This document shows, piece by piece, positions 1 through 9,501 of a stretch of 50,830 nt of DNA. The DNA is from Candidatus Kerfeldbacteria bacterium (GTDB lineage: Bacteria; Patescibacteriota; Patescibacteriia; UBA9570; XYC2-FULL-38-9), in the NCBI GenBank assembly GCA_043813585.1, contig JBDRKW010000016.1:1-50830 (forward strand), written 5' to 3'. Made by a program: the position numbers and the translations under genes. The notes under the pieces are model-generated. The model had not been told where the DNA came from, ran no database searches, and was given only the letters and a program-made list of their open reading frames with translations. Positions within the stretch are counted from its first letter, which is position 1. Every line of letters begins with the position of its first letter.

Positions 1-447
1 CCAGGAGTATTCGCCACGCAGCTCCTCAATTTTACTTCGCGCTTCGTCATATTCTCCGCTCTGGGCCTTATTCAATGTAATCACGATTTTCAGGTGGAGC
101 GTCTTGTATTCGGCCGGCACGGTCAGCTCCAGCACCTTGAACGCCAGCGTGTCTGCAGTGCCTGCATCGCGGAAGTCAAAGCTTCCAAGCAATGTATTAA
201 TTTCATCGCGGTAGTCATCGGCCAGCGCGTCCTGGTCAACAGCCGTGCGTTCCAGGTCTTCTGCCGCGGTTGTTGCTGTCGCCGCCGGTTTTGCCGTGGA
301 TATTTCCAGGTCTGCCGTGGGTTCTACAAACCATTTCAGCCAGATAAACAGGAATGCAATGCCGATCAGCCCTGCAACGGCGAGCCCGGTATTGATATGC
401 GTTATCTTTTGGAGGTGTTTGTGGATTTTGTTTGTATCGATTGCCAT
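1..447 (-). CDS. hypothetical membrane-anchored protein, 3' end cut by window edge
   Basis: Absent from the ORF track because it runs off the window. ATG at 447..445, open in frame to base 1 (149 codons): MAIDTNKIHKHLQKITHINTGLAVAGLIGIAFLFIWLKWF... One N-terminal TM helix, then a soluble A/T/D/E-rich region. Lies 6 nt downstream of the SPFH gene on the same strand. Confidence 0.5.
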   Translation of the reverse strand, partial: MAIDTNKIHKHLQKITHINTGLAVAGLIGIAFLFIWLKWFVEPTADLEISTAKPAATATTAAEDLERTAVDQDALADDYRDEINTLLGSFDFRDAGTADTLAFKVLELTVPAEYKTLHLKIVITLNKAQSGEYDEARSKIEELRGEYSW

Positions 448-453
448 GGATTG

Positions 454-1215
454 TTATTTTTTGCTTGTCATATTTGCAAGGCCCTTAACCGCGTCCAGGA
501 CCTCGATCGGGATCGCAAACACGACGGTGTTCGACTGGTCTGATGACAGGTCGTTGATGGAATTCAATGTACGAAGATGGAGCGCGCCGGGCGACGTCGA
601 CATGGTCTGTGCCGCTTCTGCCAGATTATGCGCTGCCACCACTTCGCCTTCGGAGTTGATGATGTTTGCCCGCTTCTCGCGTTCCGCTTCGGCCTGTTTG
701 GCCATGGTCCGCTTGAGATTTTCCGGCAGGATGATGTCTTTTAGTTCGACAGAGGTCACGTCGATGCCCCATGGGTCAGTGGCTTCGTCCACCAGCTTGA
801 GGATGCCTGCCGATACCGTGTCGCGTTTTGACAGCAGTTCGTCGAGCGGCACCTCGCCGACCACGTTGCGCATGGAGGTCTGGCCGAGCTGCGAGATTGC
901 ATAGTAAAAATTCTCCACCTCAATGATCGCTTTCTCCGCAAACTCCACTTTATAATAGATAACCGCGTTCAGGCGGACAGAGACGTTGTCTTTCGTGATC
1001 GCTTCCTGGTCCGGCACATCGACGGTCCGGACGCGAATGTCGACCTTGCGCATGTGCTGGAACACCGGAATCACCAGGCGCCAGCCCGGCTGCTTTAGAC
1101 CCGTGTATTTACCGATGGTAAACATCACGCCGCGTTCGTACTGGTTAATCTGCCTGATGCTCGCCAGCAGAAGAATGCCCACGAAAATCACCAGGATGAC
1201 AATAAAGATTTCCAT
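454..1215 (-). CDS. SPFH/band-7 (stomatin/prohibitin-like) membrane protein
   Basis: 253 aa, ATG start. N-terminal TM helix (MEIFIVILVIFVGILLLASI) followed by an SPFH core (RTVDVPDQEAITKDNVSVRLNAVIYYKV, AEAEREKRANIINSEGE) typical of stomatin/QmcA-type proteins. Confidence 0.85.
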   Translation of the reverse strand: MEIFIVILVIFVGILLLASIRQINQYERGVMFTIGKYTGLKQPGWRLVIPVFQHMRKVDIRVRTVDVPDQEAITKDNVSVRLNAVIYYKVEFAEKAIIEVENFYYAISQLGQTSMRNVVGEVPLDELLSKRDTVSAGILKLVDEATDPWGIDVTSVELKDIILPENLKRTMAKQAEAEREKRANIINSEGEVVAAHNLAEAAQTMSTSPGALHLRTLNSINDLSSDQSNTVVFAIPIEVLDAVKGLANMTSKK

Positions 1216-1270
1216 AGTTGAATGTTACTTATTTGTTCAAAGTATAGCGCACATCGGCTTTGAACTCCAG

Positions 1271-3010
1271 TTACTCTTCCCGCTTGGCAGGACGGTTTGA
1301 GCCTGGGGCGCTTTTTACGGTTTGCGATGCGGCATGTACAAAGCTGGAACGGAGGGCGTGCGTGAAGTCGGTTGCGGAAAATGAGGAGAAATCGCCGGTT
1401 GCCACGTACCATTCCGGAGGTTCTTTGAGGACGCCTTCAAATGCGCGCGCCCATGATTTCTCAATTCCGAAGATCATGGCGTACGGCAAATATTTGCTGA
1501 ATGTTTCGGGATTTAGTTTTTGCAGAGTGTAGCGGTCTGCGTGGTGGAGGAAGAGCTTGAAGGAGATTGCGTGATCAAACGCCTGCGACCCCTTTTTTGT
1601 CCTCTGCGGCATCAGCGGTGAAAACATAAAAAACAACCCGGCGGTGATAAGCAACGGCATGCCGGACAGAACGTTATCGTAAATTACGCCTCCGACGATC
1701 CATGCAGGCAATGCAATAAGGATGAGCAGCGTTGCGATGATCATATATTTTTTCCGGACAGCGTGCGGGCTTTCACGGAAATACCTGTTCTGAACCATAT
1801 CGTGGATCACCATTTTTCTCATGGTGCTGATCTTGGATGCAAAATGGTTTTTAAGCGTGGAAAGCTTTGTGCGCACGCGCTGGCCGCCGATCTCCACTGT
1901 TGAACCGAATAATGCGTGCAGGAAATACCGCTCCACTGTTGTCAGCGATGAATCATTTTCGTATCCTTTGCGCTTTATGAAAATGTAGTCCTTTTTTGAG
2001 AACACGCTGCGGCGCGACTCTTCCACAATCCTGATATAGCCGCGCTGCGCCAGGTCGACGAGCATTGAGATTATGAATGTGATCCGCACGCGCTCATGCA
2101 CCAGCGCGCCAAGGTGGGCCGGCGACAGATGACTCGGCGGTGCGTACCGCGGAGTTTTTGAAATACGCGACTTCGGATCTCGGCCATAGCGTAAAAACCA
2201 GAAGCTAAGAATCATCAGGGTAACCGCCGGCAGCGCATAGTATGGATAACGAATAACCATCCAAAGGCGCGACGGGAATGCGGCTGGCGGCTGCGAAATA
2301 ATGCCTGATGGCCACCGCACAGTTATGTGCAATTGGGTATTCGGATGAATATCTTCTGCTGAAAAAAGCACGGATCCGTTGTCACGGATCGTCCATCTTC
2401 CGATTTCATTATTTTCGGTTGCCGAAGAAGCGGTGCCCGACCAGTTTAGCGACCCGGTCTCTATTGAATCCGGAAATGCGATGCGCACGCGCACAGCTTC
2501 CACGGACTGGCTGAAATCGTCCGGTAATACTTCAAGGGATAACTCGTCAAGATCTTGTTCTCTGTTGCCCGCCGGATTAATCGATCTGATAATTTCATAG
2601 GTCATGTGCACGACACTGTTTTCCTCCTCCTCCGGATTGACGGTGATATTTATCCGGTCAATGGATCTGACTGAAGAGTACCTGTTGTTCTGCAATTCGT
2701 TCCAGTCCTTGTCATAGATGCGGAGATTATTAATAATCGTTCGTCCTCTTGCCGGCACATACGGAGCTGCAATACTGAACTGTGCCGGCGACTTCTCTCC
2801 GCTTGTATTAAAAAGGACAGCCGTTTCAGCTGCTACAATTCCATTTTCTCTGACCGTATACGACGCATTCCACTCAATGACTTCATTGTGCGCCGCATGG
2901 CCAACCGAAGGAACCGCACACAACGCGGTTATGCCTATGGCGCAAATAATGTTACGAACGCGGCTTGAGCTTGTCGATAACCACGATCTTTTCGGCGTTG
3001 AGAAACTCAT
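1271..3010 (-). CDS. DUF2207-type multi-pass membrane protein
   Basis: 579 aa, ATG start. N-terminal signal/TM (IICAIGITALCAVPSVGHA), a large extracytoplasmic domain, then TM helices flanking PRYAPPSHLSPAHLGAL, which is characteristic of DUF2207 proteins. Its 5' end overlaps the upstream regulator gene by 59 nt. Confidence 0.7.
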   Translation of the reverse strand: MSFSTPKRSWLSTSSSRVRNIICAIGITALCAVPSVGHAAHNEVIEWNASYTVRENGIVAAETAVLFNTSGEKSPAQFSIAAPYVPARGRTIINNLRIYDKDWNELQNNRYSSVRSIDRINITVNPEEEENSVVHMTYEIIRSINPAGNREQDLDELSLEVLPDDFSQSVEAVRVRIAFPDSIETGSLNWSGTASSATENNEIGRWTIRDNGSVLFSAEDIHPNTQLHITVRWPSGIISQPPAAFPSRLWMVIRYPYYALPAVTLMILSFWFLRYGRDPKSRISKTPRYAPPSHLSPAHLGALVHERVRITFIISMLVDLAQRGYIRIVEESRRSVFSKKDYIFIKRKGYENDSSLTTVERYFLHALFGSTVEIGGQRVRTKLSTLKNHFASKISTMRKMVIHDMVQNRYFRESPHAVRKKYMIIATLLILIALPAWIVGGVIYDNVLSGMPLLITAGLFFMFSPLMPQRTKKGSQAFDHAISFKLFLHHADRYTLQKLNPETFSKYLPYAMIFGIEKSWARAFEGVLKEPPEWYVATGDFSSFSATDFTHALRSSFVHAASQTVKSAPGSNRPAKREE

Positions 3011-3518
3011 AAAGAAACTTATCAGTCACATCCTTGCGATACGAATATTCGTCTGCGCTCAGGATGGTAAAGCGCAGCTGTCTCCCGAAATCCGTATTGA
3101 ATTTTTCCAGCAATTTATCAAGGCGAGTCCGGCTTACATTGCCAACAATAAACAGGTCCACCTGCATAATCGCGTCATTCACAAAATATCCACAGAGCGC
3201 TAGGTAATGAATGGGGCCGAGCCCGCGGATCGACTGGATGAATTCCGTCTCCAGAGTCATCCGCGATTTAAAGATAAGCGCACGCAGCTCATTAAATAAT
3301 ACATACTCCTTATCGACGTGATAGAACTTTTTCTTGTTCTCCTCGTAGCTCTGCAACAAGCCGATATCCTCCAGATTCTTCAGCTCCCGGCGCACGGAAT
3401 TGATCTGTTCGCCGGTTTTTCTCGCCAGTTCCCGCACAAAATAATGCTCATCAGCATTCGTCAGGAATAAACGGAGCAGTTTTAAACGCGTTCGCGAACC
3501 GAATATTTTTTCTATCAT
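2952..3518 (-). CDS. winged-helix transcriptional regulator with C-terminal uncharacterised domain
   Basis: The track ORF starts at a TTG (3572). The first ATG (3518) gives MIEKIFGSRTRLKLLRLFL. wHTH segment: YFVRELARKTGEQINSVRRELKNLEDIGLL. A C-terminal domain of about 100 aa follows. Confidence 0.6.
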   Translation of the reverse strand: MIEKIFGSRTRLKLLRLFLTNADEHYFVRELARKTGEQINSVRRELKNLEDIGLLQSYEENKKKFYHVDKEYVLFNELRALIFKSRMTLETEFIQSIRGLGPIHYLALCGYFVNDAIMQVDLFIVGNVSRTRLDKLLEKFNTDFGRQLRFTILSADEYSYRKDVTDKFLYEFLNAEKIVVIDKLKPRS

Positions 3519-3628
3519 ACAGCCATGATTTAACGTGTGAGGAAGTATAATTGCTTTTACGGTATTGTGCAACTATTGTATACAGCGCGCTACCCAGCCG
3601 TATCTTGCATTTTTGATATAAATATTGT

Positions 3629-6022
3629 ATGAATAACTGTATGTCAGACTCACAATTTGATTTTTCAGAACTCTTTATAGCGAAGGATGACGGGCGTTCA
3701 ACCATTCGGCTGTTCAGCTCCAACCCGACACCGCTTGAAGAGAAAAACCTCGGACGGCTGTTTGCTGTCCTTGAGATCGATTCAACGGACTCTATCAATG
3801 ACGACATCCTTGATGTCATCATGGATGAAGTGAATACGCATTACTACCAGGCCGAATCGTTTGAGGTCGAGACGGCATTTGAGTATGCGCTCCAAAAAAC
3901 AAACCAGCGCTTGCAGGATTTAATCGGAGAGATCGGCGATGAGTGGCTGGGATCTCTGAACGTCCTAATCGGCGTGCAGAAGAATAAGCAGCTCGTGTTC
4001 GCAAATGTCGGACGCGTGATTGCGATCATGCTTCATAACGACAGTATCGTTGATATTCTTGATACAACGCGTGCGAAGGCCCAGGAGATCAATCCTGTGA
4101 AAATTTTCGGTAATATTGTTTCAGGCGACCTGTCTGACAGCAGCATTCTGGTGTTTGCTACGGAGACGATCCTGGACTACCTGTCGAAGGAAAAGATTAA
4201 GCGCATCCTGACCGAGAATACGATCGAACCGGCGCTTGAGCAATTTTACGGATTGCTCGAAGAAGATACCGCAAATACAAATTTTGCAGCGTTTGTGATA
4301 CAGCGTAAAAAGATGCTGGCAGAAAGCGGCGCTTCGGCGGCTTCACGCATTGAGACCGATGATATTCCGGTAGTGAACCGCCCCGGCGGAGACGATATCG
4401 GCCACCGCGATTCAATGACGACGTTAGTACAGCAGCAGAGCCAGACCGAAGAGCTATTATCTTCATCGTTGTGGCCAAATATTAAGAAAAGTATAAGCGA
4501 AGTGCGGCAATCGCTGAAGAAGAAGCGCTCCTCTGCCCCTGCCGCTGCAGGTGACGCGCCGATTAATGAAGACCAGAGCGCACCAGTACAGTCTGTACTG
4601 AAAACAAGGAAAAGTTCTACATCATCTGCAACTACAATACTGCAAAAAATTTGGCGTTCCGTGTTGAAAGGGTTTGCGCTGCTCGGCTCCGGCATCAAGT
4701 CAATCGGCGGCGGCGTGATATCACTGTTCAACAGAAAGAAGCCGGATGCGGAGCGCGGTACGAAGCGGTCATTCAGCGTGGGCAGCCGCCCGGCAGTCAG
4801 CCGAACAGCCGGGGGTCTGATCAGCCGGATGATCAATTGGTTCAAGTCATTGTCATTATTGCAGAAAGCGTTTTTCGTCATCGCGATCATTGTCCTGTTG
4901 CTGTTTGCACAGTCAGTCATCAACCGTGGTGAAGAAAATATCTCAAAGGAACAGGAACAGGAATACGCATCAGTGATCAGTGATGTTGATGTGAAGGTCA
5001 ATGAAGCAAAAGCAGCATTGATCTATGACCGCGATAATGCACGCACACTCTTTTTTGAAGCGCGCGACCTGTTAAGCGGCATTCCGCAAAGCTCTGATAT
5101 CTACAAAGAGCGCGGCGAAGAGCTGGCCCGTATTATCAATGACCAACTGAAGGAACTGAATAACATTATTACGCTTGAAGGCCTCTCTCCTGTACTGGAT
5201 TATGCCAGTATCAGCCCGGACGTAAGCCTGTCGCACATTGTCCTGCTGGGCGCCAGCATGTACGCATTCGATCGGAGCAATGCAAGCGTCTACCGCGGCA
5301 ACCTGGAAAATCAGGGAACAACCGTGACTATCAGCGATTTGGAAGGCGGAAAGCAGTTCAACGCAGTGGCAAAATCTTCACCCGGCACCGGCATTGCAGC
5401 GTATACGGATAATACCTTTACGGTCTTTAATCCTGTCGGCGAAAGCCTTACTCCGCTTGATTTGCAATATGGCGATGCCGACCATGCCTTTACCGACCTG
5501 TTCATCTTCGGGGTCCGCCTGTATGCACTCGACACGCAGAATAGCCAGATTTACCGCCACCGAAAGGAAGGAGAAGATTTCTCTGCTCCGGAAGCATGGC
5601 TGGAAGACGGAAGCATCAACTTAAGCGATGCCGTTTCCCTTGCGATCGACGGCGAGATTTACATCCTTAAGAGCAACGGCTCGGTTGAACGCCTCTCGCT
5701 GGGGGCAAGCGATCCGAGTTTCACCCTGTCGGCTGTAGATCCGGCATTAAACTCAGGAACTGAGATCTATACGGATGAAAACAGCTCGAACCTCTATATT
5801 CTTGATACCGTTAATAGCCGCGTGGTCGTGTTTGATAAGGAAGGCAACCTGGTGGCGCAGTATACCTCTCCGTCATTCAACAACCTGATCGACTTTGTCG
5901 TCGACGAACCGAACGGCGCGATCTACATCCTGAACGGCACGCAGCTCTACGAAATCCAGCTGCAGGAAGGCACCGTTTCCGGGCTGGAAAATGAACCCGC
6001 GCCGGTTGTTGCAGAGGTTTAA
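3629..6022 (+). CDS. membrane protein with degenerate PP2C/SpoIIE-like N-domain, one TM helix and C-terminal beta-propeller-like repeats
   Basis: 797 aa. The N-domain resembles the PP2C fold (NVLIGVQKNKQLVFANVGRVIAIMLHND ... GDLSDSSILVFATETILDYLS) but has GRV where PP2C has the metal-binding GDS. A Ser/Ala/Lys-rich linker follows, then a TM helix (AFFVIAIIVLLLFAQSV). C-terminal repeats are NHL/YVTN-like (IYILDTVNSRVVVFDKEGN, IYILNGTQLYEI). An alternative ATG lies at 3641. Confidence 0.5.
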   Translation: MNNCMSDSQFDFSELFIAKDDGRSTIRLFSSNPTPLEEKNLGRLFAVLEIDSTDSINDDILDVIMDEVNTHYYQAESFEVETAFEYALQKTNQRLQDLIGEIGDEWLGSLNVLIGVQKNKQLVFANVGRVIAIMLHNDSIVDILDTTRAKAQEINPVKIFGNIVSGDLSDSSILVFATETILDYLSKEKIKRILTENTIEPALEQFYGLLEEDTANTNFAAFVIQRKKMLAESGASAASRIETDDIPVVNRPGGDDIGHRDSMTTLVQQQSQTEELLSSSLWPNIKKSISEVRQSLKKKRSSAPAAAGDAPINEDQSAPVQSVLKTRKSSTSSATTILQKIWRSVLKGFALLGSGIKSIGGGVISLFNRKKPDAERGTKRSFSVGSRPAVSRTAGGLISRMINWFKSLSLLQKAFFVIAIIVLLLFAQSVINRGEENISKEQEQEYASVISDVDVKVNEAKAALIYDRDNARTLFFEARDLLSGIPQSSDIYKERGEELARIINDQLKELNNIITLEGLSPVLDYASISPDVSLSHIVLLGASMYAFDRSNASVYRGNLENQGTTVTISDLEGGKQFNAVAKSSPGTGIAAYTDNTFTVFNPVGESLTPLDLQYGDADHAFTDLFIFGVRLYALDTQNSQIYRHRKEGEDFSAPEAWLEDGSINLSDAVSLAIDGEIYILKSNGSVERLSLGASDPSFTLSAVDPALNSGTEIYTDENSSNLYILDTVNSRVVVFDKEGNLVAQYTSPSFNNLIDFVVDEPNGAIYILNGTQLYEIQLQEGTVSGLENEPAPVVAEV

Positions 6023-6033
6023 TTGAAGACAAC

Positions 6034-6061
6034 AAAAAACCCCGGACGCGCCGGGGTTTTT
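6034..6061. terminator. bidirectional rho-independent terminator between convergent genes
   Basis: A6-CCCCGG-acgcg-CCGGGG-T5 (stem 6040..6045 / 6051..6056). Flanked by an A-run and a T-run, between the stop of 3629..6022 (+) and the stop of rplL (-). Confidence 0.75.
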
Positions 6062-6076
6062 GATTTGTTGAAGTGA

Positions 6077-6502
6077 TTACTTCAGGTTAACCTGTGCGCC
6101 GGCTGCTTCAAGCTTGCCTTTCATCTCTTCCGCTTCCTCCTTCTTGACGCCTTCTGCAACGATTGCAGGAGCTCCGTCAACAAGGTCCTTGGCTTCTTTC
6201 AGTCCAAGCTGGGTGACTTCGCGGACTGCCTTAATCACGGCAATCTTGTTGTCGCCTGTCGCTGCCAGTTCAATGTCGAATGCAGACTTCTCTTCTGCCG
6301 CCTCGCCGCCTTCTGCGCCGCCGGGCATCACGCCCGCCATCATCATCGGAGCGGCTGCTGAAACGCCGAACTTGTCTTCCAGGATCGATACGAGCTCTGA
6401 AAGGTCCAGCACGCTCATCTGTTCGATCTCCTCGACAAGCTTCTTAAACTTTTCAGGAACAACAACGTCCTTTTTTTCCTCTTTTTTTTCTTCGTCTGCC
6501 AT
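6077..6502 (-). CDS. rplL: 50S ribosomal protein L7/L12
   Basis: 141 aa. Lys/Glu-rich N-terminal extension, then a dimerisation helix, an Ala/Gly/Met hinge and the conserved C-terminal domain ([27 protein letters not shown]...[16 protein letters not shown]). Confidence 0.95.
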   Translation of the reverse strand: MADEEKKEEKKDVVVPEKFKKLVEEIEQMSVLDLSELVSILEDKFGVSAAAPMMMAGVMPGGAEGGEAAEEKSAFDIELAATGDNKIAVIKAVREVTQLGLKEAKDLVDGAPAIVAEGVKKEEAEEMKGKLEAAGAQVNLK

Positions 6503-6531
6503 AGGTATATGTTTAGTGGCTACTTAATTAT

Positions 6532-7059
6532 TTATGATTCTTTTTGTTCCTTAATCTGGTTGAGTGCCTGCACCAGGCCGCGGATATTGCCGCCCAACAC
6601 ATTCGCAAACCCGGAGATCGGCGATTTGAGCGAACCAACCATATTGGCCAGCAATTGCTGACGTGAAGGCAGTTTTGCGAGCGCTTCCACCTTGTCTACG
6701 TCGATCAGGCCGCCTTCGAGGATTCCGCCGTGAAACGTAAGCGCCTCGTGGTTTTTTGCATATTCGGCAAGGATGCGGGCCGGTGCGATTTCATCGTCAT
6801 ACCCAAACACGACAGATATGCCGCCTTCCATCTCCTTGGCCTTGCTCTTGTCCAGGCCGGCTTTTTCCAGCATGAGTGCGACAAGGTTCTTCTTTGCAAC
6901 CACCATTTCGCTGTCTTCCTTCTTTAGGTTGCTGCGAAGCTCCTGCACTTCGGGAACAGAAAGCCCCATGAAATTCGCAAACACGGCTCCTTTGCTTTTT
7001 TCCATCTTCTCGTTCAGGACTGCAAGCTCCTGTTCCTTTTGTTCTCTTGTCTTTGCCAT
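6532..7059 (-). CDS. rplJ: 50S ribosomal protein L10
   Basis: 175 aa, immediately upstream of rplL in the canonical order. L10-type sequence (GAVFANFMGLSVPEVQELRSNLKK ... LPSRQQLLANMVGSLKSPISG). Confidence 0.95.
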   Translation of the reverse strand: MAKTREQKEQELAVLNEKMEKSKGAVFANFMGLSVPEVQELRSNLKKEDSEMVVAKKNLVALMLEKAGLDKSKAKEMEGGISVVFGYDDEIAPARILAEYAKNHEALTFHGGILEGGLIDVDKVEALAKLPSRQQLLANMVGSLKSPISGFANVLGGNIRGLVQALNQIKEQKES

Positions 7060-7219
7060 ATCATCGTTATTATTTGAAAAAATCCGCGTACCAGCGCAGA
7101 TCCATGAAACGCTTGAAAAAGCGTTTAGCGTGCCTGCGCAGGACTTCTGTTTATGCCTGCGGTCTTCGACTATTCTATTGACCGGGTGTAAGGATACTGT
7201 ATGAGGCTTCGCCTGTCAA
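7060..7219 (-). promoter_or_regulatory. rplJ promoter plus structured leader (candidate L10 autoregulatory leader)
   Basis: Minus strand: TTGACA (7219..7214), 17 nt spacer, TATCCT (7196..7191). The leader of about 125 nt has hairpins CGCAGG-13 nt-CCTGCG and AAACGCTT-tttc-AAGCGTTT. The identity with the L10 leader class is inferred from position only. Confidence 0.45.
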
Positions 7220-7231
7220 ATGGGGCTAATA

Positions 7232-7909
7232 TTAGCTATGAATCAACGTTCCGGAAAACTCTTTTCCATCCAGGATTGTCCCGATATTGTCGATGTCGGT
7301 GCCATCGGCGATCACGACCTCTATTCCCTTTTCTTCGGCCAGCTTGGCTGCGATAGGGTCAAACGGCATGGAAAGCCCGGGTTTCCACTCGTTTCCGACG
7401 ATCTTTCTGAACTCCGGCCAGGCGATATCCATGATCGGTTTCGCCTCAGGATTGTCCTTTGGGTCAGCGTCATACACGTACTTGATATTCGACAGGTTCA
7501 CAACGCGGTCGATTCCGTTGGAAGCTGCCACCTGGACGGCGTCATAATCCGTGGACCAGCCCGGCTTCCATCCTGCTCCCACCGTTACAAGATTCTCAAA
7601 CGCCACCGGTTGCGTTGGATCGTTTATCACCTTTTCAGCTGCATCAGCTCCAAAGATCATTTTTAGAAGATGAGCATTCAGATGCGATGCATGGATGCCG
7701 AGCCAGTCGCGCTGTTCGTCTGTGAGCTGTGCGGCCTCGCTCGCACCCTCCATATATTTGCGTGCTGTCGAACCTCCGCCAACGAAGATCACGAACCGGT
7801 ACCCGTCTTTCCTCGAACGGATAAGTTCTGCAAACTGTTTCAGGAAGCCCGCCTGGATCTCGTCCGGGACAATGAGCGATCCTCCCAATGATAGTACGAT
7901 ATTTTTCAT
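7232..7909 (-). CDS. pyrH: UMP kinase, archaeal-type (amino-acid kinase fold)
   Basis: 225 aa. MKNIVLSLGGSLI ... FVIFVGGGSTARKY ... VTVGAGWKPGWSTDYDA match the short archaeal-style uridylate kinase family. Confidence 0.8.
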   Translation of the reverse strand: MKNIVLSLGGSLIVPDEIQAGFLKQFAELIRSRKDGYRFVIFVGGGSTARKYMEGASEAAQLTDEQRDWLGIHASHLNAHLLKMIFGADAAEKVINDPTQPVAFENLVTVGAGWKPGWSTDYDAVQVAASNGIDRVVNLSNIKYVYDADPKDNPEAKPIMDIAWPEFRKIVGNEWKPGLSMPFDPIAAKLAEEKGIEVVIADGTDIDNIGTILDGKEFSGTLIHS

Positions 7910-7910
7910 A

Positions 7911-8936
7911 TTAGTCTGAGTAGTATTTATTTTTTTGCTCCAGGTGTTCGTCGAATGTTTCGGTGAACACCGCGTCCCCTTCCGGCGTGGTCAGGAAAAA
8001 GTAATAATCCGTCTCCGTCGGGTTGAGCACGGCGTTAATCGCGTCCAGGCCCGGATTGCAGATCGGCCCCGGCGGCAATCCCGGGTGCGTATATGTATTA
8101 TAGCGCGATTGTACGGCTAAGTCATCGAGCGACGGGCGCGTGGTATTCTTGCCGGTAACATAATTGACGGTCGCGTCAGATTCCAGGGGATAGCTGTCTT
8201 CCAGCCGCTTCAGAAAGATGCCCGCCCCGATGCGGCGCTCTTCAGGAGTGCGCAGCTCTTTTTCCAAAATACTTGCAAGAGTGAGTACTTTATAAAACGT
8301 CATGCCCGAAGCAGCGACCCTGCGCTCCATGTCAGGCGTAATGCGCGACTCGAAATTATCCACCATCTTTTGGAGTATCTCTTCGGTAGGCGCATCCCTG
8401 TAGAGTTCATACGTGTCCGGGAATAAGTAGCCTTCGAGTCCTGCGCTTGCCGGCTTGCCGCCATAGATTGCCATGCTGCTGTCTCCTATGTATCCGCTTC
8501 CGGTCAGCTGTTCGAATTCATCCGGATCGATCCGGAGGCCCGCGGTAATTAGTTCATCGTAGACTTCGGTTGAATCCCAGCCTTCAATGGTGGTGACGGT
8601 GACTTCACGACCCAGAATAATCCCCTGCGCCATCACGTCCACAATATCAGCTGCTGATGAGTTTCCCGCTATCACATAATCACCTGCCTGCAGGTCGTTT
8701 GCCTGCCCTGAAACAAATGCATAGGCCTTAAACCAGAACGGTGAACGCACCATGCCAAGCTCGTCAAACGTCTGCACGACGCCGTTAAGGCCAATACCGT
8801 TTTCTATTGTCACTTCAACCGCGATCTCCTGCTGCGACGCGGGTATATAGACCGCGCTCAACCCCCAGACCCCGACAATAGTAATCGCGATAATACCGCC
8901 GGCGATAACGCCAATAACTGCGCGTGCTGCACTCAT
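7911..8936 (-). CDS. mltG: endolytic murein transglycosylase MltG (YceG-like)
   Basis: 341 aa. N-terminal TM anchor, then the YceG domain (LTLASILEKE, TVNYV, YNTYTHPGLPPGPICNPG). Its ATG overlaps the upstream NUDIX stop (ATGA). Confidence 0.9.
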   Translation of the reverse strand: MSAARAVIGVIAGGIIAITIVGVWGLSAVYIPASQQEIAVEVTIENGIGLNGVVQTFDELGMVRSPFWFKAYAFVSGQANDLQAGDYVIAGNSSAADIVDVMAQGIILGREVTVTTIEGWDSTEVYDELITAGLRIDPDEFEQLTGSGYIGDSSMAIYGGKPASAGLEGYLFPDTYELYRDAPTEEILQKMVDNFESRITPDMERRVAASGMTFYKVLTLASILEKELRTPEERRIGAGIFLKRLEDSYPLESDATVNYVTGKNTTRPSLDDLAVQSRYNTYTHPGLPPGPICNPGLDAINAVLNPTETDYYFFLTTPEGDAVFTETFDEHLEQKNKYYSD

Positions 8937-9496
8937 GTTTGTTTTGTTTTATTGATAGCTAAATATAACGCTGCAACTGTCCATAAAACGTTGATTTCGC
9001 CGGTTGCGATCATTTCTTCCACGCGGTCCAGCGGGACGAGCTCATTTTGGATCTGTTCGCGCGCGTTTGTTTCTTTTGTTCCGCCCGGCTTCACGTCTTT
9101 TGCCAGATAGACGTAATAGAGGTTATTTTGCGATGTCGGCGATGCGACCATGGCCGACAGGAGCGTCATCTCCCCCGCGATATATCCGGTTTCCTCCTCC
9201 AGCTCCCGGCGTCCAGCCGCTTCCGGCTCTTCGCCTTTATCGATCATGCCCGCGGGAATTTCCATGACGATCTCCCCGATGCCGTGCTTATACTGCCTGT
9301 TCATGACCACCGTGCCATCTTCGGTTATCGGCACAACGCCGACAACATCAGCTCGCTCAGTTACGAAATAATCATCTATTACAGAACCGTCGCTCAGCTC
9401 ACACGTATCCTGCCGCACTGTTAACCAGGGCGTCTCCAGTATCTTCTTGGACGCGCGAACCTTCCACGGTTTGATTGGTGTGGCAGTATCAGTCAT
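8933..9496 (-). CDS. NUDIX hydrolase (ADP-ribose pyrophosphatase-like)
   Basis: 187 aa. Nudix box GMIDKGEEPEAAGRRELEEETGY. Confidence 0.85.
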   Translation of the reverse strand: MTDTATPIKPWKVRASKKILETPWLTVRQDTCELSDGSVIDDYFVTERADVVGVVPITEDGTVVMNRQYKHGIGEIVMEIPAGMIDKGEEPEAAGRRELEEETGYIAGEMTLLSAMVASPTSQNNLYYVYLAKDVKPGGTKETNAREQIQNELVPLDRVEEMIATGEINVLWTVAALYLAINKTKQT

Positions 9497-9501
9497 GGTT
9501 G

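Noticed and set aside
245-904. Plus-strand ORFs 94..543 and 245..904
   Set aside because: They are antisense to the SPFH gene and to the partial minus-strand gene at 1..447. They are low-complexity with no motifs.
4246-5001. 251-aa minus-strand ORF inside 3629..6022
   Set aside because: It is antisense to the long plus-strand gene in its low-complexity linker region. It has no start context or motifs.
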